Assembly (NCBI GenBank): GCA_036172245.1 | Contig: JAYWIR010000001.1 | Span: 8,680,001 to 8,744,000, forward strand | DNA: 64,000 bases | Direction: 5' to 3' | Origin: Raillietiella orientalis | Taxonomy: Eukaryota | Made by a program: the position numbers and the translations under genes | Shown here: one piece after another, positions 1-13,896 of the stretch | Layout of the letters: each line of letters begins with the position of its first letter | How positions within the stretch are numbered: position 1 is the first letter of the stretch | The notes under the pieces: generated by a model | Seen by the model: only the letters and a program-made list of their open reading frames with translations | Told to the model about the DNA's origin: nothing | Database searches by the model: none

Positions 1-462
1 GACCCTAGACCACAGATTCTTCCATCAAAATCTTTCAAGTCAATGACTTCTTCAAAACCACCACTTTCTGAGTTGAACTCAAGAATAGTTTTGTTTTGCA
101 GAGCAATATAAAATGATTCATCAGAACTCTTCCATGTGAGCTTTAAAATCTCTCTTGACTTATCCGGAGTTATTAAACTGTTCAGCGTCTTCACATTTTC
201 ACCTTGGGCGGATATCCGAACATCTGAGGAAAAGTCATTCTGTCACAGACAAATCAGTTTTGTAAAAACGTCCGATAGGTCAAGCACGAAGGCCTGGTCA
301 ATAAACAATAAATACCAAACTCACAAAGGAGACTACAGATTTGAAAGTAAACAAAATGTTAAAGAAAACAATTATAACATCTATGTGAAATTACTTACTT
401 TTCAGAAATCCAGATTCACAACCGACAAAAAAATTCAATAGTCTGTCTTCAAAATAGCACAT
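1..462 (-). CDS. WDR74: WD repeat-containing protein 74 (Nsa1 60S biogenesis factor), 5' part; runs off the window
   Basis: Spliced by hand: exon 462-399, GT..AG intron 398-224, exon 223-1. Gives MCYFEDRLLNFFVGCESGFLK-NVRISAQG...REILKLTW...FYIALQNKTILEFNSESGGF...DGRICGL. Resembles the WDR74 N-terminus (VWVGTETGILK...ALCW...FSTEDG.F...G.FRGL). Confidence 0.72.
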
Positions 463-3400
463 TTGAACATTGAAAACTCCTTTTTTGATCGTAAATGTGT
501 TTTGAAAACTATGCTACTGATGCTCAGTAAAACTGCACCAGAATGTTCATCATTCCACGTTATAAAAAGTAGTTGTAGGAATCCCTTGTCAACAACTAAA
601 ATTAAAAACATGAGTTATTTTCCGAAAACAGTACGATCACAACCTATTCCACTGAACATGCATACCAACAAGCCAGCAATTCCATCTGACTGAGGCACGA
701 TTTGAAGTAGATATTGCCACCACACTTAAAACTCTATAACTACCATTTGCTCTATAAAAACCTATTTGGCGATGAATTTTAAGTACTTTAGTTCAAAGCA
801 TAGAAAGCAGATTTGATATATCAGAATATTTTACCTACTTCAAATATTGAGAACAATGGCAAATAAAACAGCATCAAGTTTAATATAAAGATCTTTAAAA
901 AAATAATAAAATGTTTACAAAAAATTCAAATTCCAAAAGTCAAAAGAGGTATCAATGTACAACTCACTAATAAGAAATTATAATCGGTTTGAAAAATAAT
1001 CCAAGATTGTTCTATACGAACTCATTTAAAATACTCAGAACCCTTATTTTCTTGACGATGTAGTACGAAGCTTAAAACAACACCCGTATATTATTTCAGA
1101 AAATAATTTATTAATGATTTTAAATCACAATTTCGTGGAAACGTGTCAATTTGGAAGACGCAGAATGCTAAAGAATCTTTCGATGATTTGGCGGGGAGGA
1201 CAACTTTACCTACAAAATTTTTCTGGTCATCTCCAGAACTTTGTTCGCTCAATAAATAGAACAAAAATAAGTGCCTATTTGGAATGTGTAGTAGAAAACT
1301 TTAATCAGGTCTTTTATAAATGACTTCATCTGGAGAGTACATCTTTGTGATTTACTCTTTCAAATTCTCATTTAGATCAACACTTCTAAAGTTGGAGAAT
1401 CACTCTTTTGATAGCACTGAAACATAAACCTTTCTTTACTCCTACTACTTAAACAATAGGGGAGCAGTTTATGGACATTCTCAGACTTTTGTTCTCAGGA
1501 ACCTTTTTCTGCTTCTATTTCCAGCATGAATAGACTCATTTGAATGAAACTTTATTAGAGATTCCTAATTCAAACCATTTGCATTAATTTCAGTTATTGT
1601 ATTTGCCTGTTCCTATGTTTTGGTGCCTTACTCAGATTTCTGTAATAGAATCCATACATCCTCAATATGTGCTTTGGTTTGTTTTTATTTTTTCATCATC
1701 ATTATTATTTAAAAAATTAAATTAAAGATTATCACCTCAATAGCTATTTGACAATTTTAAAATCAAGCAGTGATGATCAATACTTCAGCAAGTTGTATTT
1801 TCTAAATTGCCTCATATGATGATGATTTATCAACATCGAATTGAACAGATTTATCGAATGTTCCCAGATAATCTATTACTGATTGGTAGTTAATGACTTT
1901 GTTTTGTTTTCAAAAATGTGTTGTTCCTAATTTCTTTGTTCTGTGCATTCTCTTGCTAGCTAATGTCAATAGCGAATAGTTGTATGTCTTCACCAATTGC
2001 TTCCATAACCATTGCTCTTTCGCTTGACACTGCAAAGTTTTTTTCCTAATCTCCGAAAATGACATTGCATTATTTGCCTGAAGTTTAACTGCTAATCTTT
2101 ATAATATTTTCCGATAACAAATTATCGTGCCTATTGCTTAAACCTCCTTTATTTTAAGATCCATCTAGAACATTTGGTCTAGCCTCAGGAAAGGGGAAAA
2201 ACACCTCTTTTTTTTTCTTATTCAGTCTCGGCATTACTAAATCAACCGAAAACATTCCTTCAGTTCTTCATTCTCAGTATTGAACTTTTTTATTGCAAAA
2301 TATCCCAGCAATTCTCTCGCTCGATAATTAGCTTAAACATATTTCACAAACTTCATTTTATTCGGGTCCATGCGCTTATCTCACTATTGAAGACTAGATC
2401 AAGTAAGATTTGTATGAATTCGATGAAATTCGACCAAGATTCTCCTGGCAAAAATTTTCCTCATTGGCTTCTTGCCTCACCATTTCGAATAATGCAAATG
2501 GGTTTCCCATTTCTAATTTTATCGATCTATTTCTACTGAATTTATCTTTGGTTGTCTGTCTCCTCAATGAATTACCTGTTTTCGAAATTGCTGTACAACA
2601 TATGTATACTTTTCGTGTCATCACTTGTATCATTGCTTTCTTTAGCACTTTTATGAATCAATCTGCTTTCTATTAATTTTCTCTGTTTCCTGATTTTGAA
2701 TATTATGTGTTGCGAAATTCGATGGCAATGATGGAGTTCGGTTTTAGAAGAATTTTTTCGACTTACTGTACATGAGAAAAACATCCACTTTATGTCGTAA
2801 ACTCTGAAGCTGTTTTCAATTCAAACTCCTTGTTATCACGTTTCTCCCTGAATAACTATCTCTTTACCTTATGTAAAAGAACATATACAAAAGTCTGAGC
2901 AGCACTCTCATTTTAGTTTTGCTTTCTTTGAAGCTTTACTGTTATTTCTTACTGCATCTTATTACTCAATTCATGAAAATTTCTACAATTAATTTAAATT
3001 CGAGAGTGAGTCATTGAAAAATCAAATCCGCTAAACATTGGAATATGCAAATGTCATTATACACTACTAAATCCTTTTCCAAGCAGCACTTTATCAGCGT
3101 TGTATAATGGTTCGTCAACAAAAAAAAAGTACTTGCTAAGCACATATCTTGCAGAGGTCGAGATTATTTTTAACATCTAAATTGCCTTTCTACTCCCTCA
3201 CATTCTAGATAGTGATTAGCTGCAAATTCCTTATTTAGTTTTTGCATGAAATGAGAAAGTTGGTGTTTACTACCACAGGGTCCACATTGAATTTTTATAT
3301 TTAGTTCCCGAGGTTCCAAAAAGGAAACTTTCTTTTTGTGAGGTCAACATTGTTTTCAGTATTTCACGAATTGCATTGAGAATTCCAATTGACAGTTTTA

Positions 3401-6400
3401 TTTTCTATCTATTCTTCTATATCCGGAGAGTGGTTTCTTCACCATTCATGAATTTCTAAAATTATTCTCCTTCAATATGTTAATTCGTAACATCTTGCTC
3501 TCTGAGTGCTCACTCATCTTAGTCTACTTAACCGTATGGTATGGCGCGCATGCTCGCAAAATCGTAAGGGCCCTCCAGTATAGCTTATTTAATTAAAGTT
3601 ATCTCATTGGTTTTGGGAATTATCTGTTCACTTTTGAATATACTTGCTTGTCTGCTAGCTTTACAATTTAGCATCTGCTTTTCTAATAGTTCGGAAACTA
3701 TTCAGTAACCATGTAGTTTTAGTCCTCACGGAGTATCGTTATACACTTTACTTTATAACTTCTTAACTGTTTTGAGTATAGTATGTAACTTTAGAATTGA
3801 CATGCTATCACTTCACGCTGATATTAAGGTTATGCTTACTGATAGTAAAGCCTACATCTCTTGCGGATGACTTCAAAAATTATTGATTACAATTGTTAAT
3901 TATTGCTTGGTTGATGGTGGAATTATTCATAGTTAATTGACTTCAAAGTTACATCATTATGATGGACTCTAACATAATAATCTGTACTTTGAAGTGTTTC
4001 TGGATAAGCTAAGGATTCCATAAACTACTGTGCTAAACTATGCTTCATCATAAGTTTAAATGCAAATCATTTACATTTGTGGGATCTATTCGGCTGAATG
4101 TCATTTCGATGATTGTAATCGCAACATGTACTCCTTTTACACTGCTTACTTAGAAGCAGTTTAATTTTTGATACATGACATTGGTTGTTGATAGATTATC
4201 ATCATAGACCTTATTACTTCCCACACTCGTTGTTAGCCACCTACATATTTTGTGCTCAGAGAAACGTGACACATACTGCAGAACATGTAAATGAGATCTC
4301 TCTAACATAAGCCCCTCCAAAGAAATGAGAATAATGGTACAGGAGATGTCAGACAGAAATCAACAGTTAACCATCATATCTTCAACAGGATAGCTCAAAA
4401 GCTGCGATGGCAATCGTATTTACTTGTAGAGATTCTCACTTCCAGTACGCTCAGTGCTATGGAGTCACAGGCTGACTTAGATATGCTTAAGAGAAGGATA
4501 ATCCAAAGTTCATAACTTTTGGGAGATACTTGGTTGAATATCGGAGAAAAATGCATTGGATTTTGGGAAGATTTAGAATCCCTATTCCCAGAGAATACAG
4601 TAAGCATTGTATTCATACCTCGATTCAGAAGGATTCTTCAAGTGAGAGTTTGAAAATTTATAATTGCATATAATAAGCAGTGACCTTCATGAATAGGAAA
4701 GGCAGTATGCAAAAATCTTGTTGTGAATAACTATAATTACACTTTTATTACCTGAAAAGTGCTGACTTCTCCAAAAGTGTTAGATCCAAAATCGGGATCC
4801 AACGACTTTGGACTTTTACAGTCTCTGTTCTACAATAGACAGGAGAACAGAACTTATTATCGACGATAATATGAAACCAATGATTTGAGTGCTAAGCACT
4901 GCAACATTGGCTGATAGGGATCAATTGATTGTCGGCATGCTGTACAGTAACTTTAATTTTCAGAAACTACTCGGATGACATAACTATGAAAGACGTGACA
5001 AAGATGACAATCAAAAATCAATGTTCACATTTCTCCCATTTCTTCCCGATGCCTTCATTCCTATTGGTACGCATACAGAATGAGGCATAAGTTTAAACAA
5101 GAATAAATTACCACGACTTATGAGTAAAGCTCCCAACAGTCGTGCTTCCAATGTTAGTTTTCGGATGCGTAGCTTCTAAGAAAAAGAACAAAACATCAAT
5201 ATGCTATTATTCTCGTCAAAAGCTGGCCAAATTTTCAGTGAACCGTTGGATTTTTAATCTTTATCAAACATTTATAATCATTTGGTATGCCGAAAAGTAG
5301 TTTTAAATGAAAATCACATGAACAGGGGCTCCTATTAGGCACATATATACCCATAAACCACTCGCCATAAAATAAAAAGCAGTACATTTTTAACAGCTCT
5401 GGCTTGGGTCTTCTCCAGAAGAACGTATAGAATACAAGAATCTTTCTAAAGCTACATAGCTGCTTAATCAGAGTCGGTCAGCTTGAAGACAAATCGCATA
5501 ATGATGCACCTTAAGCATTAGATTGGAATGCAAATTTATTAAATAAGATTTTGTGATATTCTTCTTGATTTCATTTGGATTTTTCTGAACATCAACCAGC
5601 ATTTCATTTTTTCTCCTTTGATATGTATTCACTGATAGCATCAGAAATTCTTGATGGTGCCTTGGCAGTACTGGATTACTATTCATTTTGTAGTACATGT
5701 GTTGCGTTCTTCTAGGTGTTTTGGTACTTAAGGTTAATAGGATTTCGAAAGAAATGTGGCCGATCTGGTGACAAATATAAATCCATATTTCAAATAATAC
5801 ATCAGCCACGTGTAGTATTCATGAAAATTGATCGACGTATTTACAGTATTTATCTGCACGTTATCTGTCTATAAAAGTGGTTGTAAACTCACATTTGTTT
5901 AAAAAAGGTGTTTATTGACGTTCAAAAATTGTGGACTCCATCAAATTTCACAAAAAAGCATCAAAAGCTAATTTTTTTCGTAACTATTTAAAGTATCATT
6001 GCAAATTGTACGATCAGGTTTCAGAAGCATTTGGATTAACAGGAATAAAATATTGAGTGTTTATTAAGCCTAGTTGATTCGTTTCTTACCTTGCCAAATT
6101 TAGTGTTTTACTATTTAAATTAATTTTATTCACGCAGTAATTTGCAAAGAAACAGTTTAAAATGTTGGTTTTTCTTGCACAATTCTACATAGGATGGGCG
6201 AGTTTTAATTAAGTTTGGTATTTATCTCAGAGTTAACTTTAATGTAATGTTAAAGGCAGTGTCTTGGAGATTCAGAGGACCGGAAATGCATAATTTGATT
6301 AGTGTACATTAAGGATGTAAAAGATGAGCAATTAGCAGAATAGCAATGCACCTCTAATTGTAATAAATGTAAAGACCAAGTGCACATTGAACACCAGGAG

Positions 6401-6406
6401 AAAATA

Positions 6407-9400
6407 ATGCCTCCGAAAGCCAGTGCCAAAAAAGTAGACATAAAGAAAAAAGAGAAGATAATTGAGGTAAGTTTGCATGCTTCTTATCAAATTTTGCCAA
6501 TGACATGTGCACTTAAACTTAAATTGTATATATTTCATATCATAGAGGGATAAATTCTATGATAGATAAATTCGTATCAGAAATCTCCTAAAATTTTCCC
6601 AATGAAGGTCGAATGAGTTCTGAGTAAGCTTAAAGACAGTTTTAATTTTTTAGAAAACAATTCCTCGAAGCAACTACAGTATAATCGTAGAGATGCGAAT
6701 TTTATCAGGTAGCGGTATCATAATGAATAGAAATACATGCATAAGTGACATTTTAGTTTTTTAGAAAAGTGATATGGTTTTCCACATGTTTCATTTTCTA
6801 GTGAAGAATTTCGAGAATCAGTTCACTCGTTTACATAATTCCAAAAGTGATTGTCACTTTGCATAATAATTGCCATCTTAGTCTAATGAATTTTTAAGCC
6901 AGTTTTTCATATTGTTTGTACATCTGAAAGTTTAGTTCATATTCATGTTCCCAATTATTGCACCCTTACATAAAAGGTTGCTGTACGTTGCTGTACCTGA
7001 AAAAAAAGCGAATTTTTTAGTTCTTATCTTTCATGGATTTATGAAATTTGAAAATCGTTTCACAGAGTTTGATGTGATATGCCAAGTTTTCCATGTTTGA
7101 AAACTATTTTCAGTGCAGTCAAACAAATATACTTTGATCTTAGCCAAAAGGCCGAGAAGCGATAATTGCAATATTAAAATAGCGATAAATACAAATATAA
7201 ATGTAATATATTTTAGTGTTTATGTGATATGAACATATATTTTTTTAAGATGTAAAAGTTGATCATGCCCCTTACAAATTATGGTTGCATTGTTTAAGTT
7301 GTAAACATATTTTAGTATTAATCGTTTAATTCATAATTAATTAGGGATAAGAGACATAAGTTAAAATGTTAGTGTGGATCAAAATTTCAGTGAAATTACA
7401 ATCCATCAGTTGTAAGTGAATTTTGTATTTCTTGTACAATCCATCTAAGCTGCTGAATTTAGAATTCAATATGATTACAAATAGAAAAAAAATTCTTTGG
7501 TTAGGAAAAGATTTCTTATGTGTGGTTTTGCATTGGGTATAGTAGTGGTTTCACATCTACAAAGATTATTCATTTGTGAATTTCTTTTAAGGATAAAACA
7601 TTTGGGCTGAAAAATAAAAAAGGAGCTAAACAGCAGAAATTTATTCAACAAGTAAAGCATAATGTTCAACCTCAAAAAAAACCAGATGCTCCATCAGATA
7701 AGAAAAAAGAAAAAGAACGGGAACTAAAGGAACTGAATGAGATTTTTCGTCCAGTTGTGATTCAGCGGGTTGAGAAAGGTGAAAGTGCCATATTTGTTGT
7801 TCATGCTTAAGTTTTTGCTCAAAGGAACTGGAAATTTTTTTCTGCACCACATTCAAATTAGAACTCGTGTGTTAAAATATTTTTTAGAACTACTTAAATT
7901 CACATGCCAAGTTTCAGTTTCAGTTATTAAAGTAATCGTAAATGCTTATTGCAAATAGCGTTTATTGATACTACTAATTAATCACAATTGATTTGAAGGC
8001 ATTTTTCTATTATCTTCTTGTATATTTAACGTATTGCGGTATTTATTGGAGGATAATATTGCACAATTCTATTTTGATGTAAAAACATGATGCATTTAAA
8101 TGGGAAATTTTTAAATAAATAAAAGTAAATTCTCAATAAAGTGTGAATGCAAACTGCTTGCTGAGCTATAGTGAGATGAAGCCTGCCATCATTATAAAGA
8201 CTTAAAAAATTAGAGACTTAATAGGCATATGATTTAGTGCAAAGGAATCCTGTTTTCAAAACAACTGAATCAATTAAATCCAATTTCGAAATTCTGTCTT
8301 CCATATTCCATTGTTGAGCAAGTTATTACAAAAGCTAGAAAGCAGCAAAGAATTGGGCACATTGGCAGCCTTCTGTGCAAATTTCACAAAGGATTAGTGT
8401 CCTTTCTTACCATCAATTATCGTATTTTGCTTATTTATATATTTTAAGATATGAACATTAAGATTCTTTTTTAAATAATAATAGTGTCCTAGGAGCTGAT
8501 CCCAAATCAGTACTATGTGCATTCTACAAACAAGGACAGTGTATGAAAGGAGACAAATGCAAGTTTTCCCATGATTTGGCAATGGGCCGCAAAGGAGAGA
8601 AACGAAGTGCCTACACAGACTTGAGAGATGCAAATGATGAGAGCATGGAAAACTGGGATGAACAAAAGCTCCAAACTGTAGTAAATCAGAAACATGGTGC
8701 AGCAAATGAACGACAAAATGAAACTAAAATTGTCTGTCATACATTGTTGTTTAATTATTGTTCATCGTTTTGTTTAGATTTGCAAGTTCTTTTTAGATGC
8801 TCTTGAAACTAGTAAGTATGGCTGGTTTTGGGAATGTCCAAATGGAGAGCGTTGTATTTATCGACATGCCCTTCCTGCTGGATTTATTCTTAAAAAGGTT
8901 TGGAACAGTACTTAGGACTCACTTTCAGCAATGAATGCAGGATAAAAAAAAAGAAAATAAACAAGATGAATTATCTTTAGAAGAACTAGTAGAAAAAGAG
9001 CGTGCAGCATTAGGAGATAACCTGACCTCAATCACTTTGAAAACTTTCACTGCATGGAAACAAAAAAAAAAAGATGAGGAAGCAGCTAGACTTAAACTGG
9101 AGGAAGAAAAAAAACGCACAGATTACAAAGCGGGGAGACAGATTGGCGTAAGTTTGTTTGAAAGTCATTGTTTCAGCATGATGTGGAAACTTCAGTTGTC
9201 TGGTCGAGAAATGTTTACATTCAATCCCAACCTTGTTGATGAAGATACAGTTGAAGAAGGAGATGCTATATTAGACATGGCACACTTACCAGAAATTGCA
9301 GCTACTCATGAAAATAACGTAGAGGACATTCAAAAAGAATCGTGGTTAAATAATTTAAACTTAATGCCCATTAATGAAGAACTTTTTGTTGAAGCTGATG

Positions 9401-9477
9401 ACTTGGAAGAATCAGAAGTTGAGCTCCAGCATTTGAAATTGAATGAAAAAACAACTGTTGAAAATGTGATGTATTAA
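6407..9477 (+). CDS. ZC3H15: Zinc finger CCCH domain-containing protein 15 (DFRP1/Tma46)
   Basis: Exons 6407-6466, 7592-7778, 8493-8731, 8778-8897, 8941-9147, 9196-9477, all GT-AG. Motifs: [99 protein letters not shown]. Confidence 0.96.
7131..7163 (-). pseudogene. 3'-truncated U2 snRNA fragment (first 33 nt)
   Basis: Reverse complement reads ATCGCTTCTCGGCCTTTTGGCTAAGATCAAAGT, the U2 5' end. Similarity stops just before the GTAGTA branch-point recognition sequence. Lies antisense in ZC3H15 intron 1. Confidence 0.9.
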
Positions 9478-9486
9478 AACTATAGC

Positions 9487-9492
9487 AATAAA
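9487..9492 (+). promoter_or_regulatory. Putative polyadenylation signal of ZC3H15
   Basis: AATAAA 10 nt after the stop codon. Confidence 0.5.
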
Positions 9493-9516
9493 TTATAGAT
9501 TATTACATTGAAATTT

Positions 9517-12500
9517 TCATTGTAACCTTTGCTTGGATCTTGTCCTTGGACCTGATATCTCATTCTCAGTGTTTTCTGCAGTATTTTTATTCTGGTTTCT
9601 TATTCTGCTTTTATTCAATGTTGACTTATCTGATGAAATTTCATTAAGCTTCTTTTTCCTCCCTCTTGTACCATGTGCATATTTTTCTGAAGTGGACTGT
9701 TCAACCTCCTTGTCTTGAGTACTCATTTCTTTAAATGGCAAACTGTTTCTTTTAGTTTTTGATTCTTTCTTGGACTTCTTTTCTGATTTGATTTCTGCTG
9801 TAATATCTCTGATATTATCTACTAGCATCTTTACTTCCAAAGCTTTGCGTTTAGTAGATCGAGTATGATACACCTTCCTAGGCACATCATCAAAGTCATT
9901 TTCAATAGTTTCAACATGACTAGATGTTTTCTTTCTATTAGTTTTTGTTGCACATGGTGTGCTTCCATTCATTTTGAAATCTTGTAGATTATCTGATAAT
10001 ACAGTGTCCATTTTGGAGAAAGTAGTGTGTGCAGAGTCGTTTACAAAATTTTCAGTAGTTTTCTTTGAAGAGTACTTATGCATATCTGTGTTCTCAGTTG
10101 AATTGATGTATGTTTCTGCAGTTTTAAGGTTTTTTTCATTAGAAAGAATGTCAGTCATTTTCTTCTCAACTACTAATTTAACTGCAGATTTTGATGCATT
10201 CTGATTCTCATTTTGAAGAACAGTTCTACTACGCAACCTAGTGCACCTCACGTTTGCATTAACTAATGAACATGCTTGCTCAGATTTTGGAGTTCCATCC
10301 ATTAATTCTAAATCTAAATTTCTTGAACATTCTGATACAACTGGAGTCTCCAGAATAATCTGTGAGTAATTCATTACAACAAGAGTGTCTTGATTTGATT
10401 CTGTAGAAGTAGCATCCGAGTCATTCACATCAGGAGCCCTTGAGTTTTCAGCTGTCGTATCCTTTTTGGACTTATTGGTTTCAAATGCTTGTAGCATTTG
10501 CATTTTGGGTGTACTCAGAAGATCCTTCACCACTGCCACATTGGAATAGTCGCACAGGGGAGACTTTTGCACTTTTGGTGTTCTCACTAGCCTCTTCACC
10601 CCTGCCACATTAGAATAGTCGCACAGGGGAGACTTTTGCATTTTTGGTGTTCTCACTAGCCTCTTCACCCCTGCCACATTAGAATAGTCGCACAGGGGAG
10701 ACTTTTGCACTTTTGGTGTTCTCACTAGCCTCTTCACCCCTGCCACATTAGAATAGTCGCACAGGGGAGACTTTTGCACTTTTGGTGTTCTCACTAGCCT
10801 CTTCACTCCTGCCACATTAGAATAATCGGACAGGGGAGACTTTTGCAATTTTGGTGTTCTCACTAGCCTCTTCACTCCTGCCACATTAGAATAATCGGAC
10901 AGTGGAGATTTTTGCACCTGGGGTGAACCTAGGAGCTTTTTCACCCCTGCCACATTAGAATAGTCGCACAGGGGAGACTTTTGCATTTTTGGTGTTCTCA
11001 CTAGCCTCTTCACTCCTGCCACATTAGAATAGTCGCACAGGGGAGACTTTTGCAATTTTGGTGTTCTCACTAGCCTCTTCACTCCTGCCACATTAGAATA
11101 ATCGGACAGGGGAGACTTTTGCAATTTTGGTGTTCTCACTAGCCTCTTCACTCCTGCCACATTAGAATAATCGGACAGTGGAGATTTTTGCACCTGGGGT
11201 GAACCTAGGAGCTTTTTCACCCCTGCCACATTAGAATAGTCGCACAGGGGAGACTTTTGCACTTTTGGTGTTCTCACTAGCCTCTTCACTCCTGCCACAT
11301 TAGAATAATCGGACAGTGGAGATTTTTGCACCTGGGGTGAACCTAGGAGCTTTTTCACCCCTGCCACATTGTTGTGGTCACATAGGGGGGAATTCTGAAC
11401 CCTGGTTGCAGAAAATCTTGTTGGGAATCTTTGCACGGTTTCATCTACTACTGTTTTATCTATCTGTTCATTTTTAGTGTTTTGGTCAATAGCACATTCA
11501 ACGGAGTTGCACAGGGTACAATTTTCAAGTGTGTTAAAACCATCAGGTAAAATGCTTTTATTCTCTGAATGCTTGATGTTTTCAAGATCTGCTTCACAAA
11601 ATGTAGGTAATTCTGGTATTTGCTTAATTGCAGAATCTGGAATTTCATTTATACTGTACTCTTCTGTTACAACTACTTCACAAATGGTGTTATTGGTTCC
11701 CAAATTCTCATCACATCGAACATTGTCCTGAGTGCTACTCCACTCACCAAATGTTTCTGAACACTGTACATCTGCATTTGTACTTTGCAAGTCTTTCACC
11801 AGTTCACTTTGGTCAACCTGAAGATCTACTGACAAATCAACACCTGAGGTGATCAATGGGCAAATTTCCAATGTTGACTGATGATTTGTTTGGACATCTA
11901 CTACATGCTGATCGTATGGAATCTTTTCTGGTGGATCTTCTAATGTAAGGACTGATTTCAGTGGTATTGATGCTACAGAAGATGCAGACACGTTCCTAGG
12001 AGAAATTACTTTTTCTAAATTTATAACAGTTTCTGTAATTTCTTCTGTTTTTCTAATGGAACATGTAAGCAGTTCTGAGATGGGGTCTTCAGGGAAATGA
12101 GGCAACGAATTCTTTGTCACAGGTTTCTCTGATGAGTCTTCAGCATTTGAAAGTTCCTGGTGACCTAGATATTCACTCCTTGTATCATCCTGAATACTTT
12201 CTTGCTGCAACTGCATACTGTCATTGCCATTTCTGTCATTGTTTTCAGAACACTTAGTATCTAAACAAAAATTGCCTAACAATCCTGAATTCACTTCGGC
12301 ATTAAAACTTGTTTGTACATCATTGTTGACTTCTTGCTTAGGAAATTTCTCTACTGATAATTTTTCACTTTTAGCTGGCGACAAACATTTTACAGAATTT
12401 TGATTTTCAGATTTCACATGCAATGATCGGAAATGATTAATATTTTCAGACTTATCATCTTTTAATTTTTGTCTGTTGATATTTGTGCCTATTTTCCTCC

Positions 12501-13896
12501 ACTGCAAGTTTAATGATCGTCTGATAGTTGATTGCTTTGTCACTGATACTGTTTTTGTAGACTTAAATAATCTTTGCTTGCACATAATTTTTTTATTCGC
12601 TGAATTCTGTTGTGTATTGTCTTTGGAAGCATTAACCAATTTGGTGTTGCAGACTTTTCTGCAAGGAATTTTTGATATTGACATACTTTTGCTGTCCTTC
12701 TTCCATGTCGATTTTTCGAAAGTTTTGTGATTTAGTAGCGTGGACAGATTGTGAGCGCTTTCATGCTTAAAAGCACTCAGAGTGTCTAGTTCAGAAGAAA
12801 CCAATGTATCACTTCTGCAGGGGGATACATTACATGACTCTAAGAAATCTGTTTCTGCTCTTTGACGTGACTTAACAATTCGCTTTTCCTGTTCTTTTGC
12901 AGGAAAATCAACCTCGGTTTGTAAATGTGGGGAATGAATGGAATTTTTTAAAGGTTCTGACATATGCAAATCAGAAATTCCAGGCTTGTTTTCCTTTCTT
13001 ACAGTTTTCTTTGATTCAGACTTCGGCTGCTTTTCACATTTATTAAACTCAGTAGTTCTTTTCTGTGGAATGCCACCTATTACCAGGTTTTCATTTTTTG
13101 CTAATCCTCTCCTTGTGCGATCTGCTTTGAGAAGGAGCAGTCGTTTTTTGTTTTTCTTAATCATTGCTTTAACTTTAGATTCAGGATTATCATCAATCTT
13201 ATTGCATTGAAGAGTAGCACTTTCCGTATTCTCACTGTCAGTAAACTGCAACTGTTTCACAATCAACTTGTCTTTTTCATCAGCACTTTCATGTAATGTT
13301 CCAGAATTATTATATAAAATGGAAGCATTTTTTCTAGGAGTACACAATGCAACCAGTGTTGATGCATCTGTCCCAAGCGTCCATGAAGTGAATTTTGAAA
13401 ATTATTCTTTCTTACCTTCAACTGGTGAGAAGCTATGCAAGTTATGTTTCTTATGGTCTTTCATTTCACTGCAACATAACCTTGGGATATTTGAGTGATA
13501 GCTCACTTGATTTATTTTGCAACATTTTAAGTCACTTTCGTTATGATAAGAGAACAAAAATTGTCTTCCTGAAACGTTTATTATATCATTATCATTCAAA
13601 GGAAGTGACTGAGACTTTCCAACTATCAGATTGTTAACTGATGGTGGATTTACATCAGACAGAGATTTTACAAACACCTTGAAACATTAAATTAATTATG
13701 ATCCAAAGAAATAAAGGCTTACCCTTCCGTCGTTATCAGCGTAAAGTATCAAATGAAACTGAGCTATGGTTGGTAAATATATACGAATATCATTCCTAAC
13801 ATCTCGTCCAAAGGAACACTTATTTTTCGTCATCCGATACAATGGAGCAATCTTTTTACTTTTTTTTATCACCGATACATCACCAAAAACTTTCAT
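9517..13896 (-). CDS. MKI67: Ki-67-like protein (N-terminal FHA domain, Ki-67-type repeats, basic C-terminus)
   Basis: Exons 13896-13723, 13677-13416, 13367-9517 (introns of 45 and 48 nt). FHA: VSVIKKS...CSFGRDVRNDIRIYLPTIAQFH...NPPSVNN...LNDNDIINVSGRQF, compared with Ki-67 LVTIKRS..CLFGR..CDIRIQLP.VS..H...NPTQVNG..LKHGDVI. Repeats contain GVKRLVRTP, similar to the GFKELFQTP Ki-67 motif. Confidence 0.82.
10504..11400 (-). repeat. Coding tandem repeat, 13 x 69 bp (23 aa)
   Basis: Unit (V/L/M)QKSPL(C/S)DYSNVAGVK(RLVRTPK/KLLGSPQ), counted 13 times in the ORF translation. Confidence 0.97.

Noticed and set aside
1400-5900. Possible decayed TE coding remnants (also 15900-16900, 32400-32900, 46400-46900, 55800-57400)
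   Set aside because: Only fragmentary motif-like words. Not enough to assign family or boundaries without a search.
6980-7163. Functional U2 snRNA gene
   Set aside because: Similarity ends at nt 33. No branch-point recognition sequence or downstream U2 structure.
10504-11400. Regular repeat array as CRISPR
   Set aside because: No unique spacers. It is an in-frame coding repeat in a eukaryotic gene.
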